From a virus (taxonomy: Duplodnaviria; Caudoviricetes): DNA of 38,572 nucleotides. Below, piece after piece: positions 1 through 10,059 of the stretch. The stretch lies in IMG/VR virus record IMGVR_UViG_3300047375_000398, positions 1 to 38,572 of that record, one strand, 5' to 3'. The notes beneath the pieces are model-generated. The model did not search any database and had not been told where the DNA came from. It worked only from the letters and a program-made list of their open reading frames with translations. Position numbers and translations under genes: made by a program. The stretch's first letter is position 1. Each line of letters begins with the position of its first letter.

Positions 1-1038
1 TTCACCAGCTAATTCTTGACCAGCAACAAGCATACCTGCAGTTTCACCTAAAGCACCACCTGCTGCTTCTATAGCTGTAGTAGCCGCTAATCCTTTAGCC
101 GCTAAAGCAAAACCTTTTCCAGCGGCCTTACCTGCACCACCAAGTATTCTACCTCCAACACCACCACTAACTATACCAGTTAAACCTTCTATAGCACCTA
201 TAGTTAAACCTCTTCCACCAGCTTTCCACCGAAGATCACTCATTTCTTCAGGATTTTCTAGTACACTTCTTATATCATCATTGTTATCTGGATTACCACC
301 ATTTTCAATAACTTTCTGTCTAAGTAGTTCTGCAAACGTTGCTGATGTTTCCATAGCTGTCATAGCGCCTGCAAAAGCTCCTGATACCGCACCACTTCCA
401 GCGCCTATAGTTCCTGTTAAAAAAGCTAAAGGACCTCCTACGCTTCCAGCAGCTGCGCCTAATGCAGCACCACCTTTTGCGCCGGCAGCAGCACCAACAC
501 CTGCCATTGCAGCAGCTTCTTCTGAATCAAATATAGTTCCAACGGCTCCAATCATACTAGATATAACTGTTTCTACACCAAAAGTTGGGTTTTGCATTAA
601 AGCTTTAAGTCCAGCCCAAGCACCACTATCACCTTCTTCTTTATATTTATTAGTAAGCATTTGCCACTCTTGTGCTTCTTCAGACTGACCATATCTTTGT
701 GCTTCTTCAGTTGCAAGTCTCATAGCATCTAAAGATTCATCGTCTGTTTTTCCTTTAAAAACATCAAAAGTCTCATCTACAGCATCAGAAGATGCCCAAC
801 CTTGTTTTGCAGCTCTATATATATCACTAACAAAATCAACACCAAAAGTATCATTTCCAAAGAACTCTTCTAAGTATGTAGCTTTCTCTGGTACTATTTC
901 AGGTAAAGGCGGGTTTTCATCAATTACAACAGGAGGAGGTATTACTATATCATTTACATTTTCAGGTATTAAAAAATCATTTTGATCTTCCTCTTCTTCT
1001 TTTATAATTAAATTACCAAACTCATCATATTCTTCCAT
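1..1038 (-). CDS. Large internal virion/ejection protein, N-terminal part (runs off window start)
   Basis: Not in the ORF track. ATG at 1038 (MEEYDEFGNLIIKEEEEDQNDF...), frame open to base 1. Acidic/Pro N-terminus, then Gly/Ala hydrophobic segments (AAAMAGVGAAAGAKGGAALGAAAG). Follows two other candidate internal proteins. Confidence 0.7.
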   Translation of the reverse strand, partial: MEEYDEFGNLIIKEEEEDQNDFLIPENVNDIVIPPPVVIDENPPLPEIVPEKATYLEEFFGNDTFGVDFVSDIYRAAKQGWASSDAVDETFDVFKGKTDDESLDAMRLATEEAQRYGQSEEAQEWQMLTNKYKEEGDSGAWAGLKALMQNPTFGVETVISSMIGAVGTIFDSEEAAAMAGVGAAAGAKGGAALGAAAGSVGGPLAFLTGTIGAGSGAVSGAFAGAMTAMETSATFAELLRQKVIENGGNPDNNDDIRSVLENPEEMSDLRWKAGGRGLTIGAIEGLTGIVSGGVGGRILGGAGKAAGKGFALAAKGLAATTAIEAAGGALGETAGMLVAGQELAGE

Positions 1039-1047
1039 AGAATAATA

Positions 1048-2487
1048 TTATTTTTTTAGTTTAAAAAACTTAGCTAATTTATTTAATGGTCCTTCAGATA
1101 TTTCATAATTAAAATTAGTATTATAACCTGGAATACCATAAAGATTAACTGATAGATATTGTGCTAATGCATTTGGATCATTCAATGTAGCTTGATCAAT
1201 AGGAGCACCAACGGCGGTTGCATTTTTACCTGTGCCCTCAACTACAAAGTATTTACCATCTTTTTCTCCTATTCTTCTACCCTTATAAGTGGGTCTAGAA
1301 CCTTTTCCCCAGTTTTGAATATTTTCTATAGTTGGTGGCGGTTCGTTTTGTGCTAAATAATTAGCTGTTTGAATATTTTCTCTTTCAGTTTGAGTTCGAC
1401 CTTGGTTTTGAGCATTTATAGCATTCATCCTAGATGTTTGTGCGTTTGCTTCAGATATTGTTAGTTGTCTTTGTTGACGCTCAGCGGTAAGTTGTTGAAA
1501 ACTTTCATATTGTTTTACTTCGTAGTTTTCATTAGCTTTTTGAGTATATAATTTTTCCATTTCATATTCCAATCTACTACTATACTGTTCACCGTCCGGG
1601 CCTTCGTAGCTACCAGAGTTTAAAGCATCATTCATTTCTTCCATGCTATAACCAGCGTGATCAATAGCTAGAGACTTTAAACCGTTTTCTTTATAGGTAT
1701 CTAAAAAAGCATCGAAAGATGCTGCAATACCGTTTTGCCATTCTTGAGAGCCAGCTGGATTTTCTGGTGTAGGACCAGGAACACTAGACATAACAACCCT
1801 ACCACCAATGCTTCTTTCTGAAGGTTGCATTAATGTATTTACCGTTGGTAAAACTAATGCTTGAAAGTCATCTACCTTACCTATTGGCTGTGGCATTTGA
1901 TTAAGCTTATTAGCTGGTATACTAAAAGGCTCACCATCAGCTGTTTCACCCTCAAATACAAGAATATTATTTTCATCTATTCCAAAACTACCTCTATTAT
2001 CTAATATAGCTTGAAAATACATTTCTTGATCTTTAGGTATTGCGCCACTTAAAGTGCCTTGAGCTAAACCTTCTGCATAAGCACCAGCTGTTCCAGATAT
2101 AGCATCAACCATTTGTTTTACTTGAGGTACTTGGCCTTGTAGTTTAGCTGATTCAGCTGCAAAATATGTACTGTCAATTTCTCCTTTTTCTAACTGAGAA
2201 ACTAAACCACTATATTTGTCTACAAGATTTCTACTCATATCTTGCATATAACTCTGTAATGGTTGATATTCTGTTTCAGAAGATACCATTAAACCAGCCA
2301 TGTTTTTAGACTTGATGTCTGCTAACTGCATTTCTCTAAGTCTTTTTTGCTCAGCTCTTTCTTGTATTAATTGACTTCTTGCTATATCAGCATCTATGCT
2401 TTGAGCTGCACTATCTAAACTTACATATGTATCATATGGATTTTGACCTGGATTAAACTGACTATCTATTGATGATTTTACTGCCAT
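1048..2487 (-). CDS. Putative internal virion (ejection) protein, 479 aa
   Basis: Long ORF, helical Q/E-rich composition, located downstream of nozzle and GNAT genes as in podoviruses. Confidence 0.55.
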   Translation of the reverse strand: MAVKSSIDSQFNPGQNPYDTYVSLDSAAQSIDADIARSQLIQERAEQKRLREMQLADIKSKNMAGLMVSSETEYQPLQSYMQDMSRNLVDKYSGLVSQLEKGEIDSTYFAAESAKLQGQVPQVKQMVDAISGTAGAYAEGLAQGTLSGAIPKDQEMYFQAILDNRGSFGIDENNILVFEGETADGEPFSIPANKLNQMPQPIGKVDDFQALVLPTVNTLMQPSERSIGGRVVMSSVPGPTPENPAGSQEWQNGIAASFDAFLDTYKENGLKSLAIDHAGYSMEEMNDALNSGSYEGPDGEQYSSRLEYEMEKLYTQKANENYEVKQYESFQQLTAERQQRQLTISEANAQTSRMNAINAQNQGRTQTERENIQTANYLAQNEPPPTIENIQNWGKGSRPTYKGRRIGEKDGKYFVVEGTGKNATAVGAPIDQATLNDPNALAQYLSVNLYGIPGYNTNFNYEISEGPLNKLAKFFKLKK

Positions 2488-2514
2488 TTTATAATATATT
2501 TAAATTTTAACATT

Positions 2515-3627
2515 TTAATCCTTGCCACCTAATAAAGATCCTAAAGGACCCATAGCAGCGCCAGCAACCCCAGCAATACCACCTATTAAATCATTTGTAG
2601 CTTGTTTTCTAGCATTGTCAGCGCCAGCTTTTCTAGCACCAGAAAGATCTAGTAGATCTGACTGTTGAGTATATCTGCTTTCCTGTATATCACCCATTCC
2701 TTGAGCTCTAAACTGAGCCATATTATTTGCAGCGGCTTGATTAGCTCTTGCAAAATCATTTTGAGCGCCAGCATTGAACTGACTCATAGCATTGTTGGCA
2801 CCAAATTGTGCTTGAGCAAATTGATTATTTGCCGCAGCATTAAACTGATTCATAGCGTTTTCAGCACCAAATCTTGATTGTGCAAATTGATTTCTTGCAT
2901 TAGCACCAAACTGCGCAGCTTGATTTGCTGCTTGAGCTCCAAATTGTGCAGCTTGATTTTGTGCTGCTGCTCCAAACTTAGCAGCTTCATTAGCTGCACC
3001 TACATTAAATTGTTGTTGACCTAAATCAAACTGTGATGCTAAATTACCTTGTGCTAATTGACTTTGTTGTAATTGACTTTCAGCAGCTGCTCTCATTTGT
3101 TCATTAGATTTAACTTGTCTATCTATGTCTGCAGATATACCTGCTTTAGATTTAGCGGCTGCATTAGCCAAAGCTGTAGCTCCACCCGCTCCAGTTCCTG
3201 CTTGTGCAGCTAAATCTTGAGACGCAGCTAAAGCTTGATCAGCTTCTCTCGCGGCTATTTCAGCGCCAGCTGTAGAAACTTGTAAATTATTCATTGTATT
3301 TGTAAGACCGGTATCTGCACCTCTAGCTAATTGCCCAGCACCTGTTTGTCCTGCTGTGTAACCTTGTGAATCATAACCTTGTGCTGTATAACCCTCAGCA
3401 TCTGCTAACGTTGCCATAGCGGCTTGATCAGCACTACCAAGTGTTCCAGCCGTTGCTTGAGCAGCATCGCCTAATTGTTGTGCTTGTAAACCAGCATATA
3501 CGTCATCAAATTGAAAGTTTCCAAAATTAGCTTTTGCGCCTTCAAACTCTTTGTTTGCAGTTTTTTGTTCTCTTCTTCGCGCTCGACCACCGAACAATGA
3601 TCCAACTCCTTTAACTATACTTCCCAT
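2515..3627 (-). CDS. Putative internal virion/ejection protein with Ala/Gln/Asn repeats, 370 aa
   Basis: Gly-rich amphipathic N-terminus followed by RARRREQK, about 11-aa QFGA/QFNA repeats, Gly-rich hydrophobic C-terminus. Start overlaps the stop of the upstream gene. Confidence 0.6.
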   Translation of the reverse strand: MGSIVKGVGSLFGGRARRREQKTANKEFEGAKANFGNFQFDDVYAGLQAQQLGDAAQATAGTLGSADQAAMATLADAEGYTAQGYDSQGYTAGQTGAGQLARGADTGLTNTMNNLQVSTAGAEIAAREADQALAASQDLAAQAGTGAGGATALANAAAKSKAGISADIDRQVKSNEQMRAAAESQLQQSQLAQGNLASQFDLGQQQFNVGAANEAAKFGAAAQNQAAQFGAQAANQAAQFGANARNQFAQSRFGAENAMNQFNAAANNQFAQAQFGANNAMSQFNAGAQNDFARANQAAANNMAQFRAQGMGDIQESRYTQQSDLLDLSGARKAGADNARKQATNDLIGGIAGVAGAAMGPLGSLLGGKD

Positions 3628-4067
3628 TAGTATTTCATTATTAATTCGTAAGACGGAGTTTCATCAACATGATATTCCGCTTGTTTATATTTATCTAATA
3701 ACATACCTTCTTTTGCCCAAGCAAATGCGTATTTATAACCCATGTCTTCTGCAAAATCAGTTGTAAAATCTACTAAGAGTTGCAATGCATCACTTCTGTC
3801 TGTGTCTTGATAAGATTTATCACTAACTACTACAGCTGGAATCGCAGTCTTACTGTTTGTCATCCATAGCCACATGGCTGCAATAGGATCATCTCCTTTG
3901 CAAACCATAAAGCCACCTAAGCCTTGTCTTTTTTCTTCTTGTTCGTCACCTACTTTAAAAGAGCCAGGTAACATATCACGAGGGAAGCCTTCGGCTTTAT
4001 AAGCTTCCCACCACTTTGGTATTAAATCCCAATCGGATTCTTGTAATTTTCTTACTTGTAATTGCAT
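3627..4067 (-). CDS. GNAT-like (acetyltransferase-fold) protein, 146 aa
   Basis: N-terminal VRKLQESDWD, beta-strand pattern and 'AEDMGYKYAFAW' resemble a GNAT fold. Position between nozzle and ejection genes is common in podoviruses. Confidence 0.5.
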   Translation of the reverse strand: MQLQVRKLQESDWDLIPKWWEAYKAEGFPRDMLPGSFKVGDEQEEKRQGLGGFMVCKGDDPIAAMWLWMTNSKTAIPAVVVSDKSYQDTDRSDALQLLVDFTTDFAEDMGYKYAFAWAKEGMLLDKYKQAEYHVDETPSYELIMKY

Positions 4068-4072
4068 ATAAT

Positions 4073-4312
4073 TTAATTTGATGAATTTACCGCTTCCGCG
4101 TTTAAAGCAAACAATTCTTTTTCTGTTGAAGCGTTTGCTATTGGTAGTGTTAATTTAATTGAAGCAAATGCACCTTTAATTCCACTTACTATTTTATTGT
4201 CTGTCTGTGTTAAAGTACCATTGACAACAATGTAGTTTGGTTCTGATGAACTTATCGGTGCAAAATACTTGCCTTCTTTTTCTTGAAAAGGAAATGTTAC
4301 TATTGCTGCCAT
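4073..4312 (-). CDS. Small protein resembling the detached C-terminus of the nozzle/stabilization protein, 79 aa
   Basis: Motifs FQEKEGKYF and SGIKGAFA...KELFALNAEAVNSS, which I recall as the usual C-terminus of this family. Starts 2 nt after the TAG of the 1343-aa gene. Confidence 0.6.
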   Translation of the reverse strand: MAAIVTFPFQEKEGKYFAPISSSEPNYIVVNGTLTQTDNKIVSGIKGAFASIKLTLPIANASTEKELFALNAEAVNSSN

Positions 4313-4314
4313 AT

Positions 4315-7300
4315 CTATGCTAATTGAGTTACTACTATTGTTTTATCTGTTAAAGCTGGAGTTATTCTTGTATTAGTACAACTAATAATAGCCTCTGCTG
4401 ATCTTGTTGATGCAGTACCATTAATATCTGCTCCAATAGTAAAACTATTACCTGGAGCAACTACAGCTGTACCAACAACATTGTTAAACTTTAACCATCC
4501 AACACCATCACCAGTATCATTAGCACTAACAGTTATATTAACGTTCCATGTATTTGTTATTGTTATCGCTGTTCCAGCTGCTGCTATTTGTTGTGTAGCA
4601 GGTGGAACTCCCAAAGTTGCAACAGCCTGTCCTGAACCTGTTATAGTTGCAGTTGCTGTTGTATTAGCTGTAATAATTGGTAATTGTACATTTAACACTA
4701 AAATACCAAATTGATTACTCATTGCTTTAGTATAAGTAGTTCCGTTAACATTATAAGCTGCGGTAAAAGATCCATTAACTAAAACTTTATCAGCATCAGC
4801 TGTATATGTTATAGTTGCAAACCTTTGTGTTGCTGCATCAAATGGTGATATTCTATAAGCAACACCTGTTCCAGGATTACCTATAGGTGTTATTATAGCG
4901 CCTTGAGTACTAGCATGTACTGGTACTGGTGACCATGTTAATGTTGGTTTTTCAGTAGCAGTTCCAGTAACGGTTATAATACCAGCTGTAGCTGTTGCAG
5001 GAACAGTAACCGGAAGTTCATATCTAACGTTATCACCTATTCTTACATTTGTTAAAGTTCCAGGATTAGTGCTAGCTGGCATACCTGTTGAATTAACAAT
5101 TATATTAGCATCATCAACATAATAATTAGTAAAAGCAGCTGTTGTAAATACAACATCACCTCCTCCAGCGGTATTAAACACTTGAGATGCGGGTGTTAAT
5201 GCTGCATTAGATATAGTATCTACAGTGTTTACCGTTAATAAAGCAACAGTAAATGCTAAGCTAGCGCCCGTACCACTTATATTTAGAGTTTGAATACTAT
5301 TACTTGTACCTACAGTGTGCTGAACTAAAAATACTAATTGATTTTCATTTGTTATAGCGCTTGGGTTAGTTACAATTAATGAGCTTGACCCAGCAGGCGT
5401 TAATGTTATGTTGTTTACATTTGTAAATTTAAATTGTGAATTTAAAGGTTCAACAAATATAGCCCAAGAAACTAAATCTCCTTGTTTAGCTTGAACTGTA
5501 TTAGCTCCATTAAAAACAGAATTATCTGCAGCACCTGTTAATTGTAGTGTTGTTGTAAAAGATGTTGCTAACACTGGTAATGTTCCTGAAGCACTTAGAT
5601 CTGTTTCTATATACTCAAGTTCCCAACCAGTATCACCTTCGTAACTTAAGCTATTATATTGTTTTACAAGTGATGGAGCATCGTTAAATATAGGTATAAC
5701 ATAAGACTCTTGTGTTCCAGAATTATAAAAATTATTCCTAGTTACATTAGTACTATGATGTTCCCATAATTTACCACTATTAAAAGTATAATATGTATTG
5801 TTTAAAGATAAACCACCTTCTTGTTTATAACCTCTAAAACTTGTCCATCCACCTGATCTATCATCAAATGTTACTGTTAAATAACCATCTGATGCTGTTG
5901 CTGCGTTTGTATCTTCATTACTATCAAAGCCTTCACCTATAATAGTTAATTCATACATGCGACTATATTCATCATAAGATCCTATAACAGATGTAGATTG
6001 TTTTAATGCATCTCTAAAAAAGTCACCCATACCTACTTGAGATATTTCAGTTATACCATTTTGAGACAATCTTAATACAGTACCTCTATTTTTATCAGTA
6101 AAATATCTTGAAAAACCAAAACTTGCAAAAGACTGAGGATCGTTTGATATACCAAATTCACCAGCAAAAGCAGCTACTGTTCCTAAAAATTGCGTATTAC
6201 TTGTTACAGGCACTGCACCACCTTCAGCTGAATATATAAAGTTTTTATCAATAGGTGATCTAGATACTTTATCTTCTTGAAATATTAATATCTGCGTGTC
6301 ATCAACAAACATTTTCTGTACAGAACCATTCAGTGGATCAAGAGAGATAGTTAGACCACCCTCAGATTCATTAAATTGATTTATGTAGTTAATACCAGTC
6401 CTAGAATTTAAAAGTCCACTAGAATGTATAAGAGTATTATTTCTTCTTTCTTGAGTAAAATTTTCTTGTACTACATAAGCTCTAACGCCTACATCAAAAA
6501 ATGGTTCATTAAATCCAGCTCTAATTCTATTTATTTCAATATGATCATCGCCCGAACCGCCTGGATCAAAAGTTAGTAATATACAATTAAAAAAACTTAT
6601 ATTTATAGCTGTTGTAATTGCACTTGACCCATCATCATTTAATATTCTACCTCCGGTAGATGTTTCAAAAAATATATCTAGTTCAGAACTAACAGGTTCT
6701 GTTTCAAAAACACATAAGCCAGTAGACACAGTGTTACCTGAATTATCTAAAGTAGTAACATTAGCATCACCTGATGGGTTTTGTATAGACTGTACTGAAG
6801 TTAAAGCTGCATATGGAGGTGTATAAACATTTCCACCAGCTAAATATTTAGGATAAACAGATACATTACATGGAGATATTGTAGCTGAAGTACTAGGGGG
6901 TATAGCAGCTGTTTGATCTCTAGGTATTTTATTTATACTATCACCAAAACGATTAACTGTATTAGCAGCGTCAATAGTTGATATCCAGTTGTAATATTCT
7001 TGTTCACGTTGTTTTACAACAACCCTATATGAATATGCCCAACTTGGTATTTGTGTTGTGTCTGTAAAGCTTATTCTTAATGCATTAAAAGCAGTTGCTG
7101 ATGATGCATTACCATAACCTGGATCTATAAAAACAGTATCAGTACCAGAGCTAGATAATATAACAGGTGATTGTCTACCAAATTTATCAGCTAATACAAT
7201 ACCTACTTGATAAGTTCTTCTTGATTTAACAGACTGATTTTTTAAAGGACCAGTGCTTCCTGTATTTCTAGAATCTTGATCATTTGTTTTTGATACAGTA

Positions 7301-8346
7301 AAAGCTATATTTGGTATATCAAAGTTTTGTAAAAAGTTTCCATAAACTAATCTACCACCTGCAACTTCTTGTGCTTTAGCTTTAATAGGTACAGCATCAT
7401 AAACTCTAGTAAGTTGATCACCTGGTAAAGTTCTAAACGGATCAGTTGAAGAATATGTAAAGTTTACAAAAGTTTCTGTTGTAACTTCTTGATCATCAAC
7501 AACATATAAAGTACCTGATCCAGACTCTTTATATATTAATTCAACACTTGTAATACCATATCCGGTTGGCGTGGGTATTTGTAGTTGTACTTGATTTATT
7601 GCATTAACAAAAGTTTCTATTTCACCAAAATTTGATAATGAAGAACTTATTGTATCAGTTTCATTTAATCTTGAAAAAAGTATAGGTGAAAAAGGTGCTA
7701 ATACACTATATTCACTATCTTCAAATTGCCATCTATATGAAAACCTAATAAGTTTATCTTCCATAAACGTAGAAGATATACTAGCTTCTCTAGTTGCAGC
7801 AACAATAGTTGGTGATTCATACGGCGTAAACTTAGCTACAGATATTAAATTATCTATATCACTAGCAGCTGTATAATAAGATGTATTATTTCTTGCAGTT
7901 ACTACATTTATTTTTCTAGGATAATTTCTATTATCAGTCCAAAATAAAAGATCATCAACTATATTTATACCTGTTACAGGAAAGTTTTGATGTAAATTTA
8001 ATTGTGTTGAAACTATTAATGCTGTAAGTTGTTTTGTTTTTTGATCATACTCAAATAAACCGTGTTGACCACTATTTGTCTCATTGTATATTGAGTTTGT
8101 GGTAACAAGAAAATATATTTTTTCATTACCAGTATCAGCAACTTGACCTATACATTTACCATTAGCAAGTCCGCTTTGTGCTACTAATTCATTACCTAAT
8201 AAATTTTCAACAGCACCAACATCTGAGCTTTCTGATTGCCCGATATTAATATTAAAACCTTCTCGATATTCACCGGCAGGTACTATTCTATCATCCAGAT
8301 CTCGGTTCATTTTACCGACATTGAATGTTCTTTTAATTTCTGGCAT
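4315..8346 (-). CDS. Tail nozzle / stabilization protein with C-terminal Ig-like/BACON-like extension, 1343 aa
   Basis: N-terminus MPEIKRTFNVGKMNRDLDDRIVPAGEYR and motifs LLFWTDNRNYPRKIN, RLVYGNF, GEFGISNDPQSF, YFTDKNRGTVLRLS typical of Bacteroidota podophage stabilization proteins. Last about 420 aa are Thr/Val-rich beta-sandwich-like. Confidence 0.75.
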   Translation of the reverse strand: MPEIKRTFNVGKMNRDLDDRIVPAGEYREGFNINIGQSESSDVGAVENLLGNELVAQSGLANGKCIGQVADTGNEKIYFLVTTNSIYNETNSGQHGLFEYDQKTKQLTALIVSTQLNLHQNFPVTGINIVDDLLFWTDNRNYPRKINVVTARNNTSYYTAASDIDNLISVAKFTPYESPTIVAATREASISSTFMEDKLIRFSYRWQFEDSEYSVLAPFSPILFSRLNETDTISSSLSNFGEIETFVNAINQVQLQIPTPTGYGITSVELIYKESGSGTLYVVDDQEVTTETFVNFTYSSTDPFRTLPGDQLTRVYDAVPIKAKAQEVAGGRLVYGNFLQNFDIPNIAFTVSKTNDQDSRNTGSTGPLKNQSVKSRRTYQVGIVLADKFGRQSPVILSSSGTDTVFIDPGYGNASSATAFNALRISFTDTTQIPSWAYSYRVVVKQREQEYYNWISTIDAANTVNRFGDSINKIPRDQTAAIPPSTSATISPCNVSVYPKYLAGGNVYTPPYAALTSVQSIQNPSGDANVTTLDNSGNTVSTGLCVFETEPVSSELDIFFETSTGGRILNDDGSSAITTAINISFFNCILLTFDPGGSGDDHIEINRIRAGFNEPFFDVGVRAYVVQENFTQERRNNTLIHSSGLLNSRTGINYINQFNESEGGLTISLDPLNGSVQKMFVDDTQILIFQEDKVSRSPIDKNFIYSAEGGAVPVTSNTQFLGTVAAFAGEFGISNDPQSFASFGFSRYFTDKNRGTVLRLSQNGITEISQVGMGDFFRDALKQSTSVIGSYDEYSRMYELTIIGEGFDSNEDTNAATASDGYLTVTFDDRSGGWTSFRGYKQEGGLSLNNTYYTFNSGKLWEHHSTNVTRNNFYNSGTQESYVIPIFNDAPSLVKQYNSLSYEGDTGWELEYIETDLSASGTLPVLATSFTTTLQLTGAADNSVFNGANTVQAKQGDLVSWAIFVEPLNSQFKFTNVNNITLTPAGSSSLIVTNPSAITNENQLVFLVQHTVGTSNSIQTLNISGTGASLAFTVALLTVNTVDTISNAALTPASQVFNTAGGGDVVFTTAAFTNYYVDDANIIVNSTGMPASTNPGTLTNVRIGDNVRYELPVTVPATATAGIITVTGTATEKPTLTWSPVPVHASTQGAIITPIGNPGTGVAYRISPFDAATQRFATITYTADADKVLVNGSFTAAYNVNGTTYTKAMSNQFGILVLNVQLPIITANTTATATITGSGQAVATLGVPPATQQIAAAGTAITITNTWNVNITVSANDTGDGVGWLKFNNVVGTAVVAPGNSFTIGADINGTASTRSAEAIISCTNTRITPALTDKTIVVTQLA

Positions 8347-8355
8347 AGAAAATTA

Positions 8356-9282
8356 TTAGTGTTTAATCCATTTAGCTTTATTACGAAATATCTGAGTCAT
8401 TTCATCTACTTTCATATTAGCTATTCTAATTTTTGCATTTCTTGTTTTAGCAGCTGCTTCTTTTTTGTACAAAGGTAATAGACCTGAAGTTGATGGCCTT
8501 ATTTTACACAAGCTGTAAAGAATTGTTGACATAACAGCTTCTTCAGCCATCTTAGGTACTAATACGTTTTCAAAGTCGCCATTGTTACCTAAACCATCAG
8601 ATATATAGCTCAAGGTTATATATGTGTCTTGAGGTATTGTTGATGGAAAATATATTTGACCTGCATTTAAATCTATAACACATGTACCATTTATATTAGC
8701 ATATTGAGGTGTTAAACCATAACGACCTCCAAAGTAGCCAAAGTAATTAGGCACATCAAAATATCCATAATAATATGTACTTGCAAGTTCTTGATTTTCT
8801 TCTGGATTATTAGATTTATATCTATCTATTGTTTCAGATGTTTCTGCAAATATTATATTACCATCATTATCATATAAGTAATGATAGTTTTCATCTTGTG
8901 CAACGCCTTGATTAGCTTGTGTTGTTGTACTTGGTAGTATTGTTCTTTGCACTCCACTAGCATCTGTCCATTTTATGCTTATGTAATTAACATAGTCTGA
9001 TGGCAAAGACATTTGTCTTAAAGAACTTAATTGTATTTCTAAAGCTTTTTCAGAGTGAAATACATCATAACTAAATTCTTGTACCGCTTTTTGAGCAAAG
9101 AAAGCTACTTCATATCTAGGAACCTGAGTAAGAATTTTACCATCACCAATATATGCTACAATAAAATTGTTTATTATATCGTTTAAGTTTGTTCTCCTGT
9201 AATATCCAGGGACTGCTAATCCATTGCCACCATCTAAAGCGGAATAATTATCTACATCTAAAGGTCTTCTTGATATTGCCAT
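8356..9282 (-). CDS. Virion structural protein (tail ring/adaptor), 308 aa
   Basis: Motifs QEFSYD, LPSDYVNY, YISDGL, VPKMAEEA, ending KWIKH. Lies between head genes and nozzle. Confidence 0.6.
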   Translation of the reverse strand: MAISRRPLDVDNYSALDGGNGLAVPGYYRRTNLNDIINNFIVAYIGDGKILTQVPRYEVAFFAQKAVQEFSYDVFHSEKALEIQLSSLRQMSLPSDYVNYISIKWTDASGVQRTILPSTTTQANQGVAQDENYHYLYDNDGNIIFAETSETIDRYKSNNPEENQELASTYYYGYFDVPNYFGYFGGRYGLTPQYANINGTCVIDLNAGQIYFPSTIPQDTYITLSYISDGLGNNGDFENVLVPKMAEEAVMSTILYSLCKIRPSTSGLLPLYKKEAAAKTRNAKIRIANMKVDEMTQIFRNKAKWIKH

Positions 9283-9998
9283 TATTGTTCAGTTGCTGCG
9301 TTTTGTTGTTCTTTACCTTGTGCAAATCCAGTTACATCTCCTTGTTTTATAACAACTCCAGCGTAGTTAAGTATTTTAACAACTAAATTGTTTTCTTCTG
9401 AAGGATGTAAATCAAAATTATAAGATTTAGCTACTACATCGTAACTATCAGTAGCTGGATCAAATACAGTAGGATCATAGTAAGGTATTGTACCTTGAAG
9501 TACATAACCCCATTTAGGTCTAATTGTTTGTCTTAAGTAATCTAACTTTACACCAGATGTTACTGTTGAAGGATAAACAACAACACCCGTGTTTGTTAAT
9601 GAATACACGGGCTGTGTTTTTACTGGTGCTGTTAATGGTGATAAATTAATGTATTTAACTTCTTCATGTGAAGCTCTGTCTGCTACAATGTTATCTACAG
9701 ATACTACACCTACTCTATATAGATCAGCAGGATATGCAAATTCACCATTAGAATGAGTAAGTGTACCGTCTTTATAAAACACATTTATTTTTTCTGCTAA
9801 ATAAGTATTAGGATCAGAAAAATCACTTGTTAAAAAAGCATTTAACTCATAACCTGCTTCTCTCACAAAATAACTTGCGAATATTTCATTTTGAGCTTGT
9901 TCAGCTAATCTGTTAAATTCCTCAGGCGTTATATAACCACGATTATCTTTGTTTGTTATAACAAGAACAGATTGGTATACATTGTTTATATTTACCAT
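9282..9998 (-). CDS. Virion structural protein (head-tail connector/ring), 238 aa
   Basis: N-terminal VYQSVLVITNKDNRGYITPEEFNRLAEQAQ and C-terminal FDLHPSEENNLVVKILNYAGVVIK motifs. Synteny. Confidence 0.6.
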   Translation of the reverse strand: MVNINNVYQSVLVITNKDNRGYITPEEFNRLAEQAQNEIFASYFVREAGYELNAFLTSDFSDPNTYLAEKINVFYKDGTLTHSNGEFAYPADLYRVGVVSVDNIVADRASHEEVKYINLSPLTAPVKTQPVYSLTNTGVVVYPSTVTSGVKLDYLRQTIRPKWGYVLQGTIPYYDPTVFDPATDSYDVVAKSYNFDLHPSEENNLVVKILNYAGVVIKQGDVTGFAQGKEQQNAATEQ

Positions 9999-10022
9999 TT
10001 ATTTACTTTTATATTAATTTGT

Positions 10023-10053
10023 TGATGTAAGGTTGATTTCTCACCTTACATCA
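10023..10053 (-). other. Intergenic perfect 11-bp stem-loop without a U-tract
   Basis: TGATGTAAGGT (10023-10033) pairs with ACCTTACATCA (10043-10053), 9-nt loop. Confidence 0.6.
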
Positions 10054-10059
10054 GGTAAG

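Noticed and set aside
281-688. Plus-strand 135-aa Ala/Pro-rich ORF
   Set aside because: Antisense shadow of the Gly/Ala-rich minus-strand gene 1-1038, with a TTG start and no independent support.
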